A stretch of 64,000 bases of DNA from an uncultured cyanobacterium (GTDB lineage Bacteria > Cyanobacteriota > Cyanobacteriia > CAKZMO01), in the NCBI GenBank assembly GCA_963719515.1, contig CAVRCJ010000006.1:320001-384000 (forward strand), in the 5' to 3' direction. Each line of letters starts with the position of its first letter. Position 1 is the stretch's first letter. The notes beneath the pieces are model-generated. The model was not told the origin of the DNA. It saw nothing but the letters and a program-made list of their open reading frames with translations, and made no database searches. Positions 54,212 to 64,000 of this stretch are shown one piece after another. Both the position numbers and the translations under genes were made by a program.

Positions 54212-54426
54212 ATAATGTGACCGTATAAGCCTTTGGAGAAAGGCTGCGATCAGACTTCCTGAGTGTAGAAGTGTAATCATTCTGAAAGAGCTGCACAATG
54301 TTAATGATTTTGCAAAGCCCCTGACTAATCTTTAATGCATAGTTACTAAGGGGCCACAACCACTCACAGGAGCATAACCCAGCCCCCCTTCCTCCAAGAC
54401 TGCACTTTGACATAATCTAAAGAGAC

Positions 54427-54712
54427 ATGGAAACGATCTCCGTTATTGTGCTGGTCAAAAACCGAAAGCGTCACTTACGCCATCTCCTGATAGGCGTACA
54501 GCAGCTCAACCCTCCCCCCAAAGGCAGCGCAATTGAAACAGTAGTCGTTCACATGAACGAGTCGCCCCAGCCGCCCCCAGACTTTTTCACAGGAAACTAC
54601 GTCACAGCTGAAATCCACAGCTCAGCGACCAAGCTGCCCCTAGCGCAGGCAAGAAACCAGGGCGCGAAAACCGCCAGCGGCGATCGCCTCATCTTTTTAG
54701 ACGTCGACTGCA
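54427..54712 (+). pseudogene. Glycosyltransferase family 2, N-terminal fragment interrupted by IS3
   Basis: ISVIVLV, LAQARNQGA, LIFLDVDC, then the IS3 terminal repeat. Confidence 0.88.
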
Positions 54713-55242
54713 TGACCTTACCCCGAGAAAGTGGACATTCCAGAAGAGAGGATAAACAAGGAGAATGTTCACATGAGTCAGAAACCACGTCGAAAATTTA
54801 CAGCGGAGCAGAAAGCGGAAGCGGTCCGCATTGTTGAGCAGTCAGGTAAACCTATCAGCCGAGTGGCAAAGGAGATGGGGTTAACCGAAAGCGCATTGCG
54901 CAACTGGGTGAAGCAATCGAAGGTTGACCGCCAGCAGTCTCCTGGGGGGTCGCTAATTTCTAGTGAGCGGGAGGAGCTCAATACCTTGCGCCGAGAGCTC
55001 AAGCGGGTTCGGATGGAACGAGATTTTCTAAAAAAGGCGGCGACCTTCTTTGCCAAGGAAAGCTCAAACCCTATGAGCTGATTGGCGCGGAGAAGGAGAA
55101 TTTCCCAATTGACATGATGTGCCAAGTGCTAGGCGTTTCGAGGAGTGGCTACTATGCCTGGTGTCAGCACAGGGCGTCCGCCAGAGAAAAGGAGAATGAG
55201 ATTTTGTCTGAGCAGATTCAACAGATTTATAGAAGTCGCCGT
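54713..55242 (+). mobile_element. IS3 family element, truncated (IRL, orfA, start of orfB)
   Basis: TGaccttaccccgagaaagtggaca end; A6G slippery site at 55030-55036; orfB start MCQVLGVSRSGYYAW cut at 55242. Confidence 0.9.
54773..55081 (+). CDS. IS3 family transposase OrfA
   Basis: RRKFTAEQKAEAV, HTH VAKEMGLTESALRNW, ERDFLKKAATFFAKE. Confidence 0.92.
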   Translation: MSQKPRRKFTAEQKAEAVRIVEQSGKPISRVAKEMGLTESALRNWVKQSKVDRQQSPGGSLISSEREELNTLRRELKRVRMERDFLKKAATFFAKESSNPMS

Positions 55243-56588
55243 AAAACCCCTCCGCTTTAGGTGTGGGATATAAGGCGGTGAGCGTGGCGAATATATTCAC
55301 ACTTTACACGGCGATTGTTAGACTGTAAGTATGGTTCAAAAGGCTTACCGCTATCGCTTCTATCCTACTGCTGAACAAGAACAACTCTTGCGCCGGACAA
55401 TGGGGTGTACTCGCCTGGTTTACAACCGCGCTTTGGCGGCAAGGACTGAGGCTTGGTACCAGAAGCAAGAGCGCGTCGGTTACGCTCAAACCTCGTCGAT
55501 GCTGACGCAGTGGAAAAAAGAGGAGGGCCTCGAATTTCTTACTGAGGTTAGCTCGGTTCCCCTTCAGCAGGGGCTGAGGCATCTGCAGACCGCCTTCACT
55601 AACTTCTTCGCCGGTCGGGCTAAGTATCCCAACTTCAAAAAGAAGCGCAGCGGCGGTAGCGCAGAGTTTACCAAGGCGGCGTTCAAGTTTAGAGAGGGTC
55701 AGGTGTACTTGGCCAAGTGCTCTAAACCTCTGCCCATTCGATGGTCTAGGGCGCTTCCGAAAGATGCCGCACCATCGACCATCACGGTCAAGCTGACGCC
55801 TGCAGGCCGGTGGTTTGTGTCGCTGTTGGTGGAGGTAGACATTGAGCCACTGCCGGTATCGCCTAACAAAGTTGGCCTGGACTTGGGCATCACCAGTCTG
55901 CTCACGCTGAGCACCGGCGAGAAGATTGCCAACCCCAAGGGCTTCAGGGCCAAGTACCGTAAGCTACGAAAAGCTCTAAAGGCCCTTAGCCGCAAGCAAA
56001 AGGGCTCGAACAACCGATACAAAGCGCGGCTCAGGGTGGCCAGGGTCCACGCCGAGATAGCCGATGCCCGCAAAGACCTGCTTCCCTTCGGGACGCTTCG
56101 CGAACACAAGCTGACAACCCGGCTGGTGCGCGAAAACCAAGCGATCGCCGTCGAAGACTTAGCAGTGGGGAACATGGTCCGAAATCACAAATTGGCGCGC
56201 GCCATCAGTGATGCAAGCTGGGGGGAACTGGTGCGGCAGCTTACCTACAAGTGCGAATGGTACGGGCGGGAGCTGGTTAAGATAGACCGATGGTTCCCTA
56301 GCTCTAAGCGCTGTGGCAGCTGCGGCCATGTCGTAGATAAGCTGCCGTTGAACGTTCGAGAGTGGCAGTGCCCTGAGTGCGACGTGAAGCACGATAGGGA
56401 CGTAAACGCTGCTGTAAACGTATTGGCCGCTGGTCTAGCGGTGTCAGTCTGTGGAGCGACCGTAAGACCTGTTGGCGAAGCCTGCGCTTCGCGCATAGAG
56501 AGCAAATCTCGGAAGGCAGGTGCTACGAAGCAGAAAAGTCTTGGAGCAATCCAAGAATCCCACGTGCTTTAGCCGTGGGAGTAGTCAA
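55243..56588 (+). mobile_element. IS200/IS605 family, IS1341-type (tnpB only) element
   Basis: Left-end hairpin after CCGT; right end cccacgtgctttagccgtgggagtagTCAA. Confidence 0.9.
55331..56572 (+). CDS. tnpB: RNA-guided endonuclease TnpB with two small in-frame insertions
   Basis: AYRYRFYPT, RuvC GLDLG / AVEDL / DRDVNAA, Zn finger CGSC..CPEC. Confidence 0.96.
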   Translation: MVQKAYRYRFYPTAEQEQLLRRTMGCTRLVYNRALAARTEAWYQKQERVGYAQTSSMLTQWKKEEGLEFLTEVSSVPLQQGLRHLQTAFTNFFAGRAKYPNFKKKRSGGSAEFTKAAFKFREGQVYLAKCSKPLPIRWSRALPKDAAPSTITVKLTPAGRWFVSLLVEVDIEPLPVSPNKVGLDLGITSLLTLSTGEKIANPKGFRAKYRKLRKALKALSRKQKGSNNRYKARLRVARVHAEIADARKDLLPFGTLREHKLTTRLVRENQAIAVEDLAVGNMVRNHKLARAISDASWGELVRQLTYKCEWYGRELVKIDRWFPSSKRCGSCGHVVDKLPLNVREWQCPECDVKHDRDVNAAVNVLAAGLAVSVCGATVRPVGEACASRIESKSRKAGATKQKSLGAIQESHVL

Positions 56589-56699
56589 ATCTAAGTAAAT
56601 TTACTTTACAGGTTCTTATCGCTACAGCAGGCGAAAAGGCTCTATCTTGTAGTCATAGGTGCTCACCCTAAGTCGTCAAAATATCGAGTTTTTTCACCC

Positions 56700-57179
56700 G
56701 TGAGTTGCGCTAAGAGCCCCGAAACCGATCCCCCAGACTTCACCGGACAGAACCTAACCGGGCATGACTTCTCCAACCAAGATCTTCGAGAGGCAGTTTT
56801 CACGGGGGCTATTCTTGTAGGGGCTAATTTCTCCCGCGCCTGTCTCGACGGCGCTACTTTAGACAGGGCTGACCTCACCCAAGCAAATTTCAGGTACGCC
56901 CATATGGAAGGGGCGAGCTTGAAGCGGACCTATCTCGACAGAACAATATTCAGATGCGCCTTTTTGTCCTACTCCGATTTTGGCAACGCGGCGCTGATTG
57001 ACGTCGATTTCACCCGCGCCGACCTCAGCGGTGCGGTAATTAGCGATACGCGGCTGAAAGCCTGTCACATCACTAATGCCGTGCTGCCAGACTGGAGCAT
57101 CGTCTACGAAACTCAGCTCACCCTCGAAGGGGGGTACCTGATGAATTTTGAGAATAATGCCCTGGCCACCTTTGACTAG
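56700..57179 (+). CDS. Pentapeptide repeat protein
   Basis: Repeated A(D/N)L/F-x-x pentapeptides. Confidence 0.9.
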   Translation: MSCAKSPETDPPDFTGQNLTGHDFSNQDLREAVFTGAILVGANFSRACLDGATLDRADLTQANFRYAHMEGASLKRTYLDRTIFRCAFLSYSDFGNAALIDVDFTRADLSGAVISDTRLKACHITNAVLPDWSIVYETQLTLEGGYLMNFENNALATFD

Positions 57180-57209
57180 GCAACAGCGATCGCAGCGGCA
57201 TTTCCAAGA

Positions 57210-57244
57210 AAGATCTTGGAGCCCTCAAAGAACTCCAAGATCTT
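57210..57244. terminator. Hairpin between convergent genes
   Basis: aagatcttggag...ctccaagatctt, 12-bp stem. Confidence 0.6.
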
Positions 57245-57277
57245 CCGCGTGCAGCGGTGTGTGGCCCCTCAGCTTAT

Positions 57278-59209
57278 CTAGTTGATGCCGTCCGGCACAG
57301 CAACGCCCGGTAGGGCCTCTAGCTCCGCTCCGCTCAGCGGACTGCCGCCAAACTGGTCATATTGCCGCGCCAGCGCTCCCGTAAACGCCGCGTTGTAGTC
57401 GAGCGCGACCTCGTTGCGAATGTAGTCGCTGCGGTCGTCTCGGTAGTCCCCATCGCTGGGAGACGCTGGCCCGCCAACCAATGCCCCATAGAGTATATTG
57501 GCGTTTGGCGCACCGCTGTTGAAGCTATCCCAGCCGCCGCCGTGGGAGCCTCTGTGGTGAGGCTGCTGCGGAGAGCTCTCTCCAAAGCCCACCATGTAGC
57601 TAAAGCTGCTGGGGTTCTCTCCCAATAGATAATCGATTTGGCGATCGCTGAAGTCGCTGTAGCGCTGGTTAGGGTCATTGACTGTATCACCATACACCCC
57701 GGCCAAGAACGCCGTGTTGGCGCTCAGACGCAGCGACCCCCATTGGTCTAGCCAAGCTAAGCCGCCGTCCGTTTGAGCAACCCCCGCGCCGCTGTCGTCG
57801 CTCCACCAGTCCAGCCAACCCTCAACGTCCTGGCGATAGCGGGGGTTATCGCTTTCCTGCGCCAGCAGCACCGCCGTACCGTAAGCCTTGTCGTCCCAGG
57901 TGTGGGTGTAGCGAGCCAGCCCTTGGTAGGCGGCTTCGGCCTTGTCCAGATAGGCTTGGTCTCCTGTCGCTTTGTAGAGCCACGTTGCGCCCCAGGCCAG
58001 CTCGTCTTGATATCCACTCCAAGAGTTGTAAAAGTCTTTGGCGTTGTCGATGGCGTCAGAATACTTGCCGCGATGCTCATCGGCAAAGGCATAGAGCTGT
58101 TTGGCGTTCTCCAGCAGGCGGTCGGCGTAGGCCGAGTCGCTTTGGCGGAACAGCAGAGAGGCCGATGCCAGTGCGGCTGCCGACTCACCCGCCAGATCTG
58201 ACCCCGGGTTGGCCGCATCAATCTTGAAGGCAGGGCGGTCCATAGTCATCTCTTCCGCTGCCCCCCAGTAAGCATGGTCGGCGTTGCCGTCTCCCACCTG
58301 GCCCCAAAAAGCTTGGGTCTTACCCCCCTCGGTAATGTGGGCTTTCAAGATGTAGTCTGTCCCCCAGCGCACGGCCTCCATCAGCTCGCCCAACTGCCCG
58401 CTAGATTGGTAGGCCTCTTCATACTCCAATGCGCCCCAGCTCAGCAGCGTCATCGAGGCCGCCATAGGAAACCCAAATTTCACGTGGTCCCCCGCGTCGT
58501 AGTAGCCGCCGGTGAGATCAACGCCAACATCAGCGCCATCATCCAGCGCTGAATCGCCGCGCCACTCAATGCGGCTGTCGTCAGGAAGGGGGCCAGAGCG
58601 CTGCGCCTCGTAGAATAGCAGGGACTTCTGCAGCGCCTCGCCGTAGTTAAAGTCTCCGGTAGCTGTGTCAGCGCTGCTGCCGGAATCGCTGACAGAACCA
58701 TCATCAGCACTACCCACGTCGTCGCTAGCGCTCTCACGCCCGGCGTCCGGGCCATCACTTGAGTCGCTGCCCACATCACCCGAGGCGGGCGCAGCGCCAT
58801 CGCCCGTTTCCTGCTCCGCTGCGGGCACCTCCTCCGACGGCGTTGAGGCCGGACCGGAATCGGCGGCTCCACTATCGCTGTTGCCACCAGATGGGGTAGG
58901 CGTGGCCTCACTATTGACGGCGATCGCCGCTAGCTCTCCCGGCGACCCTGCTCCATTAAAGCCAATGGAGACCTCACCACCAGCGGCAATCGTGCCATTC
59001 CAGCTAGCGTTCTCGATGGTGTAGCGGTAGCCTCCCGGTACCGGCTTGCGAGCGACGATTTGAGCGTTCCAAATATGAGCAATCTCAAACGGGGCTTCAA
59101 ATTCAATCGTCCAGTTGTCTAGGGCAGACGGCGAAGCAAGCACGAGCTGCCCCGTGAATCCGCTGCCCCAGTCATTCTCAACGGAAAAGGTAACGTCTGC
59201 GGCTGCCAT
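57278..59209 (-). CDS. CBM2 + glycoside hydrolase family 9 endoglucanase
   Basis: N-terminal NDWGSGF...IWNA...SWNG (CBM2), acidic linker, DLTGGYYDAGDHVKF, PHHR, NEVALDYNA. Confidence 0.95.
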   Translation of the reverse strand: MAAADVTFSVENDWGSGFTGQLVLASPSALDNWTIEFEAPFEIAHIWNAQIVARKPVPGGYRYTIENASWNGTIAAGGEVSIGFNGAGSPGELAAIAVNSEATPTPSGGNSDSGAADSGPASTPSEEVPAAEQETGDGAAPASGDVGSDSSDGPDAGRESASDDVGSADDGSVSDSGSSADTATGDFNYGEALQKSLLFYEAQRSGPLPDDSRIEWRGDSALDDGADVGVDLTGGYYDAGDHVKFGFPMAASMTLLSWGALEYEEAYQSSGQLGELMEAVRWGTDYILKAHITEGGKTQAFWGQVGDGNADHAYWGAAEEMTMDRPAFKIDAANPGSDLAGESAAALASASLLFRQSDSAYADRLLENAKQLYAFADEHRGKYSDAIDNAKDFYNSWSGYQDELAWGATWLYKATGDQAYLDKAEAAYQGLARYTHTWDDKAYGTAVLLAQESDNPRYRQDVEGWLDWWSDDSGAGVAQTDGGLAWLDQWGSLRLSANTAFLAGVYGDTVNDPNQRYSDFSDRQIDYLLGENPSSFSYMVGFGESSPQQPHHRGSHGGGWDSFNSGAPNANILYGALVGGPASPSDGDYRDDRSDYIRNEVALDYNAAFTGALARQYDQFGGSPLSGAELEALPGVAVPDGIN

Positions 59210-59399
59210 AAGATAAGTCCTCTAAAAATATTTTCCAAAGCAAAAAGGCTCCCACCCAATCTCTTGAGTAGAAGCCTTCCGCTGATATGTAGTAAGACTC
59301 GTCTCTCGAATAACAGTTCCAGCGAGGCGAAGCGAAATCCGGACTATTCTGCGAAGGAGGCTGCCCTAAAGTGAAATCCAGCGCAGAATTGCAGCGGGG

Positions 59400-60305
59400 C
59401 TACAGGCGCAACCGCGCCATCTGACAGTCCCGCTCAATCTGCGCCTTCAGCGCCTCCAGAGACTCGAAGGGCTGCTCAGCCCGCAAAAAAGCCTGCAGCT
59501 CGACTTTAAGCTGCTGTCCATACAGATCTTGTGACCAGTCCAACAGATGGGCTTCTATGGTGCGGTGGGTGCCCTGTACCGTAGGCCGATAGCCAATATT
59601 GACCACTCCAGCGATCGCGGCGGTCTGCCCTTCGGCCCATACATAGGCCGCGTAGACGCCTGTGCAAGGGACGAACTTGCATGGGGGAAGATCGAGATTG
59701 GCGGTGGGAAAGCTCAAGGTTCGGCCTAGGTGCTGCCCATGGACAACGGTGCCAAAGAGCGTATAGGGGCGTCCTAGCTGCCGGTTGGCTTTCTCTAGGC
59801 CACCGCTGCTGAGGACGTCGCGAATCGCCGATGAGCTGATGCGATCGCCTCCAGAGACCTCAAGGGGGGTGATGTAAACCTCAACCCCGTGGGCAGCGGC
59901 GATCGCTTTAAGATCTCCCGCAGTGCCAGCGCGCCGACAGCCAAACCGAAAGTTCTCCCCCACGCTCAGATATTTAACCTCTAGCTGCTCAATCAAAATA
60001 GAGGTGATGAAATTCTCTGGGGATAGACTGGCCATGGCCCGGTCAAAAGGCAGCAGCACTAGCTGCTCTACCCCAAGGGTAAACAAATACTCGGCCTTTT
60101 CCTCAGCGGGGGTAAGCAGGGTCCGCTGCTCACCGCTGAAAAAAGCCCGGGGGTGGGGATCGAACGAAACAACGGTCTTGTGCCCTGACGAAGCCCGCAG
60201 CATAGGATGGATCACCTCAAGATGACCCCGATGGACGCCATCAAAGTTTCCGAGTGCGATTGCTGTAGGACGTTGAAGGGCTAGTTGAGAAGAAATAACC
60301 TGCAC
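59400..60305 (-). CDS. ribF: Bifunctional riboflavin kinase / FAD synthetase
   Basis: GNFDGVHRGH, ISSSAIR, PTANL, NIGYRPT, EAHLLD; start placed at GTG 60305. Confidence 0.96.
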   Translation of the reverse strand: MQVISSQLALQRPTAIALGNFDGVHRGHLEVIHPMLRASSGHKTVVSFDPHPRAFFSGEQRTLLTPAEEKAEYLFTLGVEQLVLLPFDRAMASLSPENFITSILIEQLEVKYLSVGENFRFGCRRAGTAGDLKAIAAAHGVEVYITPLEVSGGDRISSSAIRDVLSSGGLEKANRQLGRPYTLFGTVVHGQHLGRTLSFPTANLDLPPCKFVPCTGVYAAYVWAEGQTAAIAGVVNIGYRPTVQGTHRTIEAHLLDWSQDLYGQQLKVELQAFLRAEQPFESLEALKAQIERDCQMARLRL

Positions 60306-60370
60306 GTGTTGGTATCGAGAGAATGGGCGAGCGGCCCCGTGAGTCATTTGCCTCAGCGACCCGCAAACCG

Positions 60371-61282
60371 CTATCGGGCGCGGCTCACGACCGTATCTTC
60401 GACGCTGGCTGTCGGAGTCGCCCCGAGATTGAGCTCTAGCCCTTCCCAAGCCACGGTACTGTTGGGGAAGTGCTCGGCGGCTTCTTGCTTAATATTGTCC
60501 ATGAATTCGTCGCTGTGAAGCGGATCATGGTGGAAAATGATCAGCTGCTTGACGTTGGCAGCGCGGGCAATCTTTACCGCCTCTTGCCAAGTCGAATGGC
60601 CCCACCCAACCTTACCCACCGGCTTCTCGTTATACTCGGCGTCCGTATAGGTCGAGTCATAGATGAAAACGTCTGCATCTTGGGCAAGCCACAAGACGTT
60701 GTCGTCTAGGCGATCGGGGAAATGCTCTGTATCGGTAACGTAGGCCGCAGAGAAGCCATTCCAGCTGACGCGGTAGCCCACGGCCTCACCGGGATGGTTG
60801 AGCATGCGGTTGTCTACGCGAATGTCGCCTACTTGGATTGAATCCCCCACCTCAATGTCGTGGAAGCGAAGGGATGCGCCCATAATCTGCAGCGGCACAG
60901 GGAAGTTAGGATGCAGCATTTGGTCGTTAAGCCGCTGCTCGACCGTTGAGCCGTTGGGGGCTACCGTGCCGTAAATGTTGAACTTGTTGCCGGGAACAAA
61001 CGCTGGGGTAAAGAAAGGAAACCCCTGAATGTGGTCCCAGTGGGAGTGGGTAAAGAACATGCTAGCTTCGACTGGGGTGTGCTTAAGCAGCTCTTGACCC
61101 AATACCCGCAGCCCTGTGCCACCGTCAAAAATTAGCCGGTGCCCATCAATCAGCATCTCAATACAGGACGTATTGCCGCCATATCGAACAGTATGTCCGC
61201 CAGGACAAGCGATACTACCGCGAACCCCCCAGAAGCGAACTTTGAACTGACCTTCAGCGAGCTGTCCGTTACTCTCAGACAT
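60371..61282 (-). CDS. MBL-fold metallo-hydrolase
   Basis: FWGVRGSI, THSHWDHIQG, GWGHS, FHHDP. Confidence 0.93.
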   Translation of the reverse strand: MSESNGQLAEGQFKVRFWGVRGSIACPGGHTVRYGGNTSCIEMLIDGHRLIFDGGTGLRVLGQELLKHTPVEASMFFTHSHWDHIQGFPFFTPAFVPGNKFNIYGTVAPNGSTVEQRLNDQMLHPNFPVPLQIMGASLRFHDIEVGDSIQVGDIRVDNRMLNHPGEAVGYRVSWNGFSAAYVTDTEHFPDRLDDNVLWLAQDADVFIYDSTYTDAEYNEKPVGKVGWGHSTWQEAVKIARAANVKQLIIFHHDPLHSDEFMDNIKQEAAEHFPNSTVAWEGLELNLGATPTASVEDTVVSRAR

Positions 61283-61633
61283 GAGTATCACTTACACTCA
61301 AGTTAACTATTCCTGTAGAGGACCCTGTCACCCTCAATCCTTATCCAATTCTAATGATTATCGCCTAGGGATCGCATGTCACCGATCACAAAATAGCTCA
61401 AATCTCTGAAATGTTGTTCGCCGCAAGAACTATCCTGACAGGTTCACCCAGCGTTGAGGAGTGTGCGATCGCCACCCGTTTTAGGCTTTTCGTATCTTAT
61501 CTCAACCTTGGCATAAAAGAGTATTGATGTGGCAGCAAATTATGGTACTCACAACAAACTTCGTCCAAGCGAGCCTAAAGTGTAGCGCCTTGAAAACTCC
61601 TCTCCTACAGGGTCTTGTCAAAGTGACGCTGGG

Positions 61634-62452
61634 TTATTGACCCAGCCAGGTCCGCTGCTTTAAGTTTCGAAGACCAGAAACGCTCGTCATATTATATTCA
61701 AGCGGCGTCACCGTAATGTGGTTGCGGCGAATAGCCTGCACATCGGTTTGGATTTGCGCGAGCTCATCCAAAAGTTCTTCGCAAAAGGTGTGTTCAGCGA
61801 CCTCATCAATTTCTTCTAAGACCTCTCCCGCTAGCCAGTAGTAGGTCTTCCCTCGTGGGTCCACTCGCTTTTCAAATAGATCCACGTAGCGGCGCACCCC
61901 CTGTCTGGTTAGCAGTATGCCCTTCATAGCCGACTCCTCAACAGCGGGGATATTGATATTGAGAAGGGTTGCTTTGGGCAGCGTCTGGTGGTCGAGAGAG
62001 GCAACAAGCGATCGCGCCACGTTGGCGGCAGGCTGAAACTCTTGGGCTGAAAAGCTTGCCAGGCTAAAGGCAATGCTGGGAATACCCTCTATGACCCCTT
62101 CCATTGCCGCTGAGACGGTGCCGGAATAAAGCACGTCAGTGCCCAAGTTGGGGCCATGATTGATTCCAGAGAGCACTAGGTCAGGTGGGGTTTTGAGCAA
62201 TGCGCCCAGGGCGAGCTTAACGCAGTCGGCCGGGGTTCCAGAACAGGCCCAGGCGGTAACCGACTCGACAAAAATGGAGTCCACCTGCTCGGCGCGGATA
62301 GGATCATGCAGCGTCAGGCCGTGGCCGGTGGCAGAGCGCTCGCGGTCGGGGCACACCACCGTAATCTCGTGCCCCGCCGCCGATAGGGTGTTTGCCAATG
62401 CCCGAATACCTGCTGCAAATACACCGTCGTCATTGCTGATCAACAACTTCAT
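61634..62452 (-). CDS. surE: 5'/3'-nucleotidase SurE
   Basis: [30 protein letters not shown]. Confidence 0.97.
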   Translation of the reverse strand: MKLLISNDDGVFAAGIRALANTLSAAGHEITVVCPDRERSATGHGLTLHDPIRAEQVDSIFVESVTAWACSGTPADCVKLALGALLKTPPDLVLSGINHGPNLGTDVLYSGTVSAAMEGVIEGIPSIAFSLASFSAQEFQPAANVARSLVASLDHQTLPKATLLNINIPAVEESAMKGILLTRQGVRRYVDLFEKRVDPRGKTYYWLAGEVLEEIDEVAEHTFCEELLDELAQIQTDVQAIRRNHITVTPLEYNMTSVSGLRNLKQRTWLGQ

Positions 62453-62535
62453 AGGCAACCACCAAGCGCTATAGTTTTCAGCTGCCTTTGCGATAAACTG
62501 GGTTAAGATTACGGCTACCGCTGGCTCAGCCTCAT

Positions 62536-62589
62536 TTTAGGGTAGTCGGGCCATCCGACAGCTTTAGGGTAGTCGGATGGCCCGACAGC
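62536..62589. repeat. 27-bp tandem duplication with an inverted 5-nt hairpin loop
   Basis: tttagggtagtcgg-GCCAT-ccgacagc then tttagggtagtcgg-ATGGC-ccgacagc. Confidence 0.9.
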
Positions 62590-62623
62590 GACAGTCCGGC
62601 AGCAATAGAATTAACCCAGGCGA

Positions 62624-63622
62624 ATGGCTAGTCTAACCGAACTTGAATCCCAACTTACACAGCTCCAGACTGGCGCGCAGCAGGCGATCGCTGCAGCCGA
62701 CGACCTAGAAACTCTAGAGCAGCTCCGCATTCAATACCTGGGTAAGAAGGGGCAGATCTCCAAAGTGTTGGGCGGCATGGGTCGCCTAGATCCTCAGGAG
62801 CGTCCCCAGGTGGGCGCTCTTGCCAACCGCGTCAAAACGGCGCTTCAAGAGAATTTGGACCAGCGACGCGGCAGTCTGCAAACTGCCCAAGTTAAGGCTC
62901 AGCTGGCTGCTGAGACCCTAGACATCACTATGCCAGGGGTCTATCGCCCTCAGGGAAAAGTTCATCCTCTTACAAGCACCGTTGACCGGGCGCTCGACGT
63001 GTTTGTGGGCTTAGGCTATACCGTGGCCGATGGGCCAGAAATCGAAAGCGATTACTACAACTTTGAGGCGCTCAACACGCCGGCAGACCACCCCGCCCGC
63101 GACATGCAGGATACCTTTTATCTGCCCGGTGGAGACCTGCTGCGTACCCACACCTCCTCCATCCAGATTCGCTACATGGAAGAACACGAGCCCCCGATCC
63201 GCGTAGCGGCCCCGGGCCGAGTCTATCGCCGCGATACTGTGGATGCCACTCACTCGGCTGTGTTTCATCAGCTAGAAATCTTGGCGATCGATAAAGGGCT
63301 GACGTTTACCGACCTTAAGGGGACGGTGAGAGTCTTTTTAAGCGCGATGTTCGGGGATTTGCCGATTCGCTTTCGCCCTAGCTTTTTTCCGTTCACTGAG
63401 CCCTCAGCAGAGGTCGATGTTCAGTGGCGGGGCCGCTGGCTTGAGGTTCTAGGCTGCGGTATGGTAGACCCCAACGTGCTTAAAAACGTCGGGTATGATC
63501 CTGAGGTGTATACAGGCTTTGCGGCTGGGTTTGGCGTTGAGCGGTTTGCTATGGTGCTGCACCAGCTCGATGATATTCGTCGCCTCTACAGCAGCGATTT
63601 GAGGTTTCTGCGGCAGTTTTAG
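62624..63622 (+). CDS. pheS: Phenylalanine-tRNA ligase alpha subunit
   Basis: [35 protein letters not shown]. Confidence 0.98.
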   Translation: MASLTELESQLTQLQTGAQQAIAAADDLETLEQLRIQYLGKKGQISKVLGGMGRLDPQERPQVGALANRVKTALQENLDQRRGSLQTAQVKAQLAAETLDITMPGVYRPQGKVHPLTSTVDRALDVFVGLGYTVADGPEIESDYYNFEALNTPADHPARDMQDTFYLPGGDLLRTHTSSIQIRYMEEHEPPIRVAAPGRVYRRDTVDATHSAVFHQLEILAIDKGLTFTDLKGTVRVFLSAMFGDLPIRFRPSFFPFTEPSAEVDVQWRGRWLEVLGCGMVDPNVLKNVGYDPEVYTGFAAGFGVERFAMVLHQLDDIRRLYSSDLRFLRQF

Positions 63623-63660
63623 ACGGCTTCACAGTTCGGCTTTACAGCTTAGTTTTACCT

Positions 63661-63954
63661 TTAGCAATAGCGACGGATATCTTCACCGCACTCATCTGCG
63701 AGATAGCACAGCGCGCGGAACCGTAGGCCAACGAGCTGCTCGTAGAGTGGGTTTAGCTTGCACAGCGGCGGGATATGGGCAACATGGTGACCAAACAGGT
63801 TGACGTCTCGCTCAAAAGGACATTGGGCCGGGACGGCATTGGAGATGAATCGAGCCAGTTTGGGGCGGCGGACGTCGATTCTGTCAAGCCAGCGCCGCAG
63901 GGGGGAGAAGAGGTCGAGGCGAGACTTGAGCTGAGCCGAAGATAATATAGTCAT
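63661..63954 (-). CDS. Mo-dependent nitrogenase C-terminal domain family protein
   Basis: PAQCPFERD, IPPLCKLNPLYEQLVGLRFRALCYLADECGED. Confidence 0.88.
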   Translation of the reverse strand: MTILSSAQLKSRLDLFSPLRRWLDRIDVRRPKLARFISNAVPAQCPFERDVNLFGHHVAHIPPLCKLNPLYEQLVGLRFRALCYLADECGEDIRRYC

Positions 63955-64000
63955 GGGTAGCACAGACGTGAATTGGCTAAAGCACAATATTTGACAGTCA

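Noticed and set aside
63661..63954. Evidence for nitrogen fixation
   Set aside because: This small domain family is named by association only, and no nif genes are present in the window.

Overview
Chromosomal window from a cyanobacterium, probably filamentous: HIP1 octamers (GCGATCGC) are frequent and phycobilisome and hetZ-like genes are present. Core genes include the atp1-a-c-b'-b-delta-alpha-gamma operon, apcE-apcABC, ftsW-ccdA-ccsB, menB, metF, sodN, nblB, larC, pmgA, ribF, surE and pheS. Three accessory zones stand out. (1) 1-8.3 kb: a hybrid NRPS-PKS gene running off the left edge, a gene fragment, a 534-bp IS200/IS605-type element that has no tnpA/tnpB but carries a tiny RHH-like gene plus a ~300-nt highly structured non-coding segment, and an uncharacterised two-gene pair. 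(2) 44.7-51 kb: a complete tnpA-tnpB element truncating an amidohydrolase/ABC-transporter operon with an NtcA-type promoter. (3) 51-57 kb: a small gene with a structured leader, an AT-rich broken TIR-NTPase-TPR-TM gene, and a nested GT2 < IS3 < tnpB < small-repeat insertion stack. The best candidate for an undescribed system is the TnpB-less, RNA-carrying element at 6337-6870. No CRISPR array, rRNA or tRNA was recognised. All calls are by eye, without database searches.
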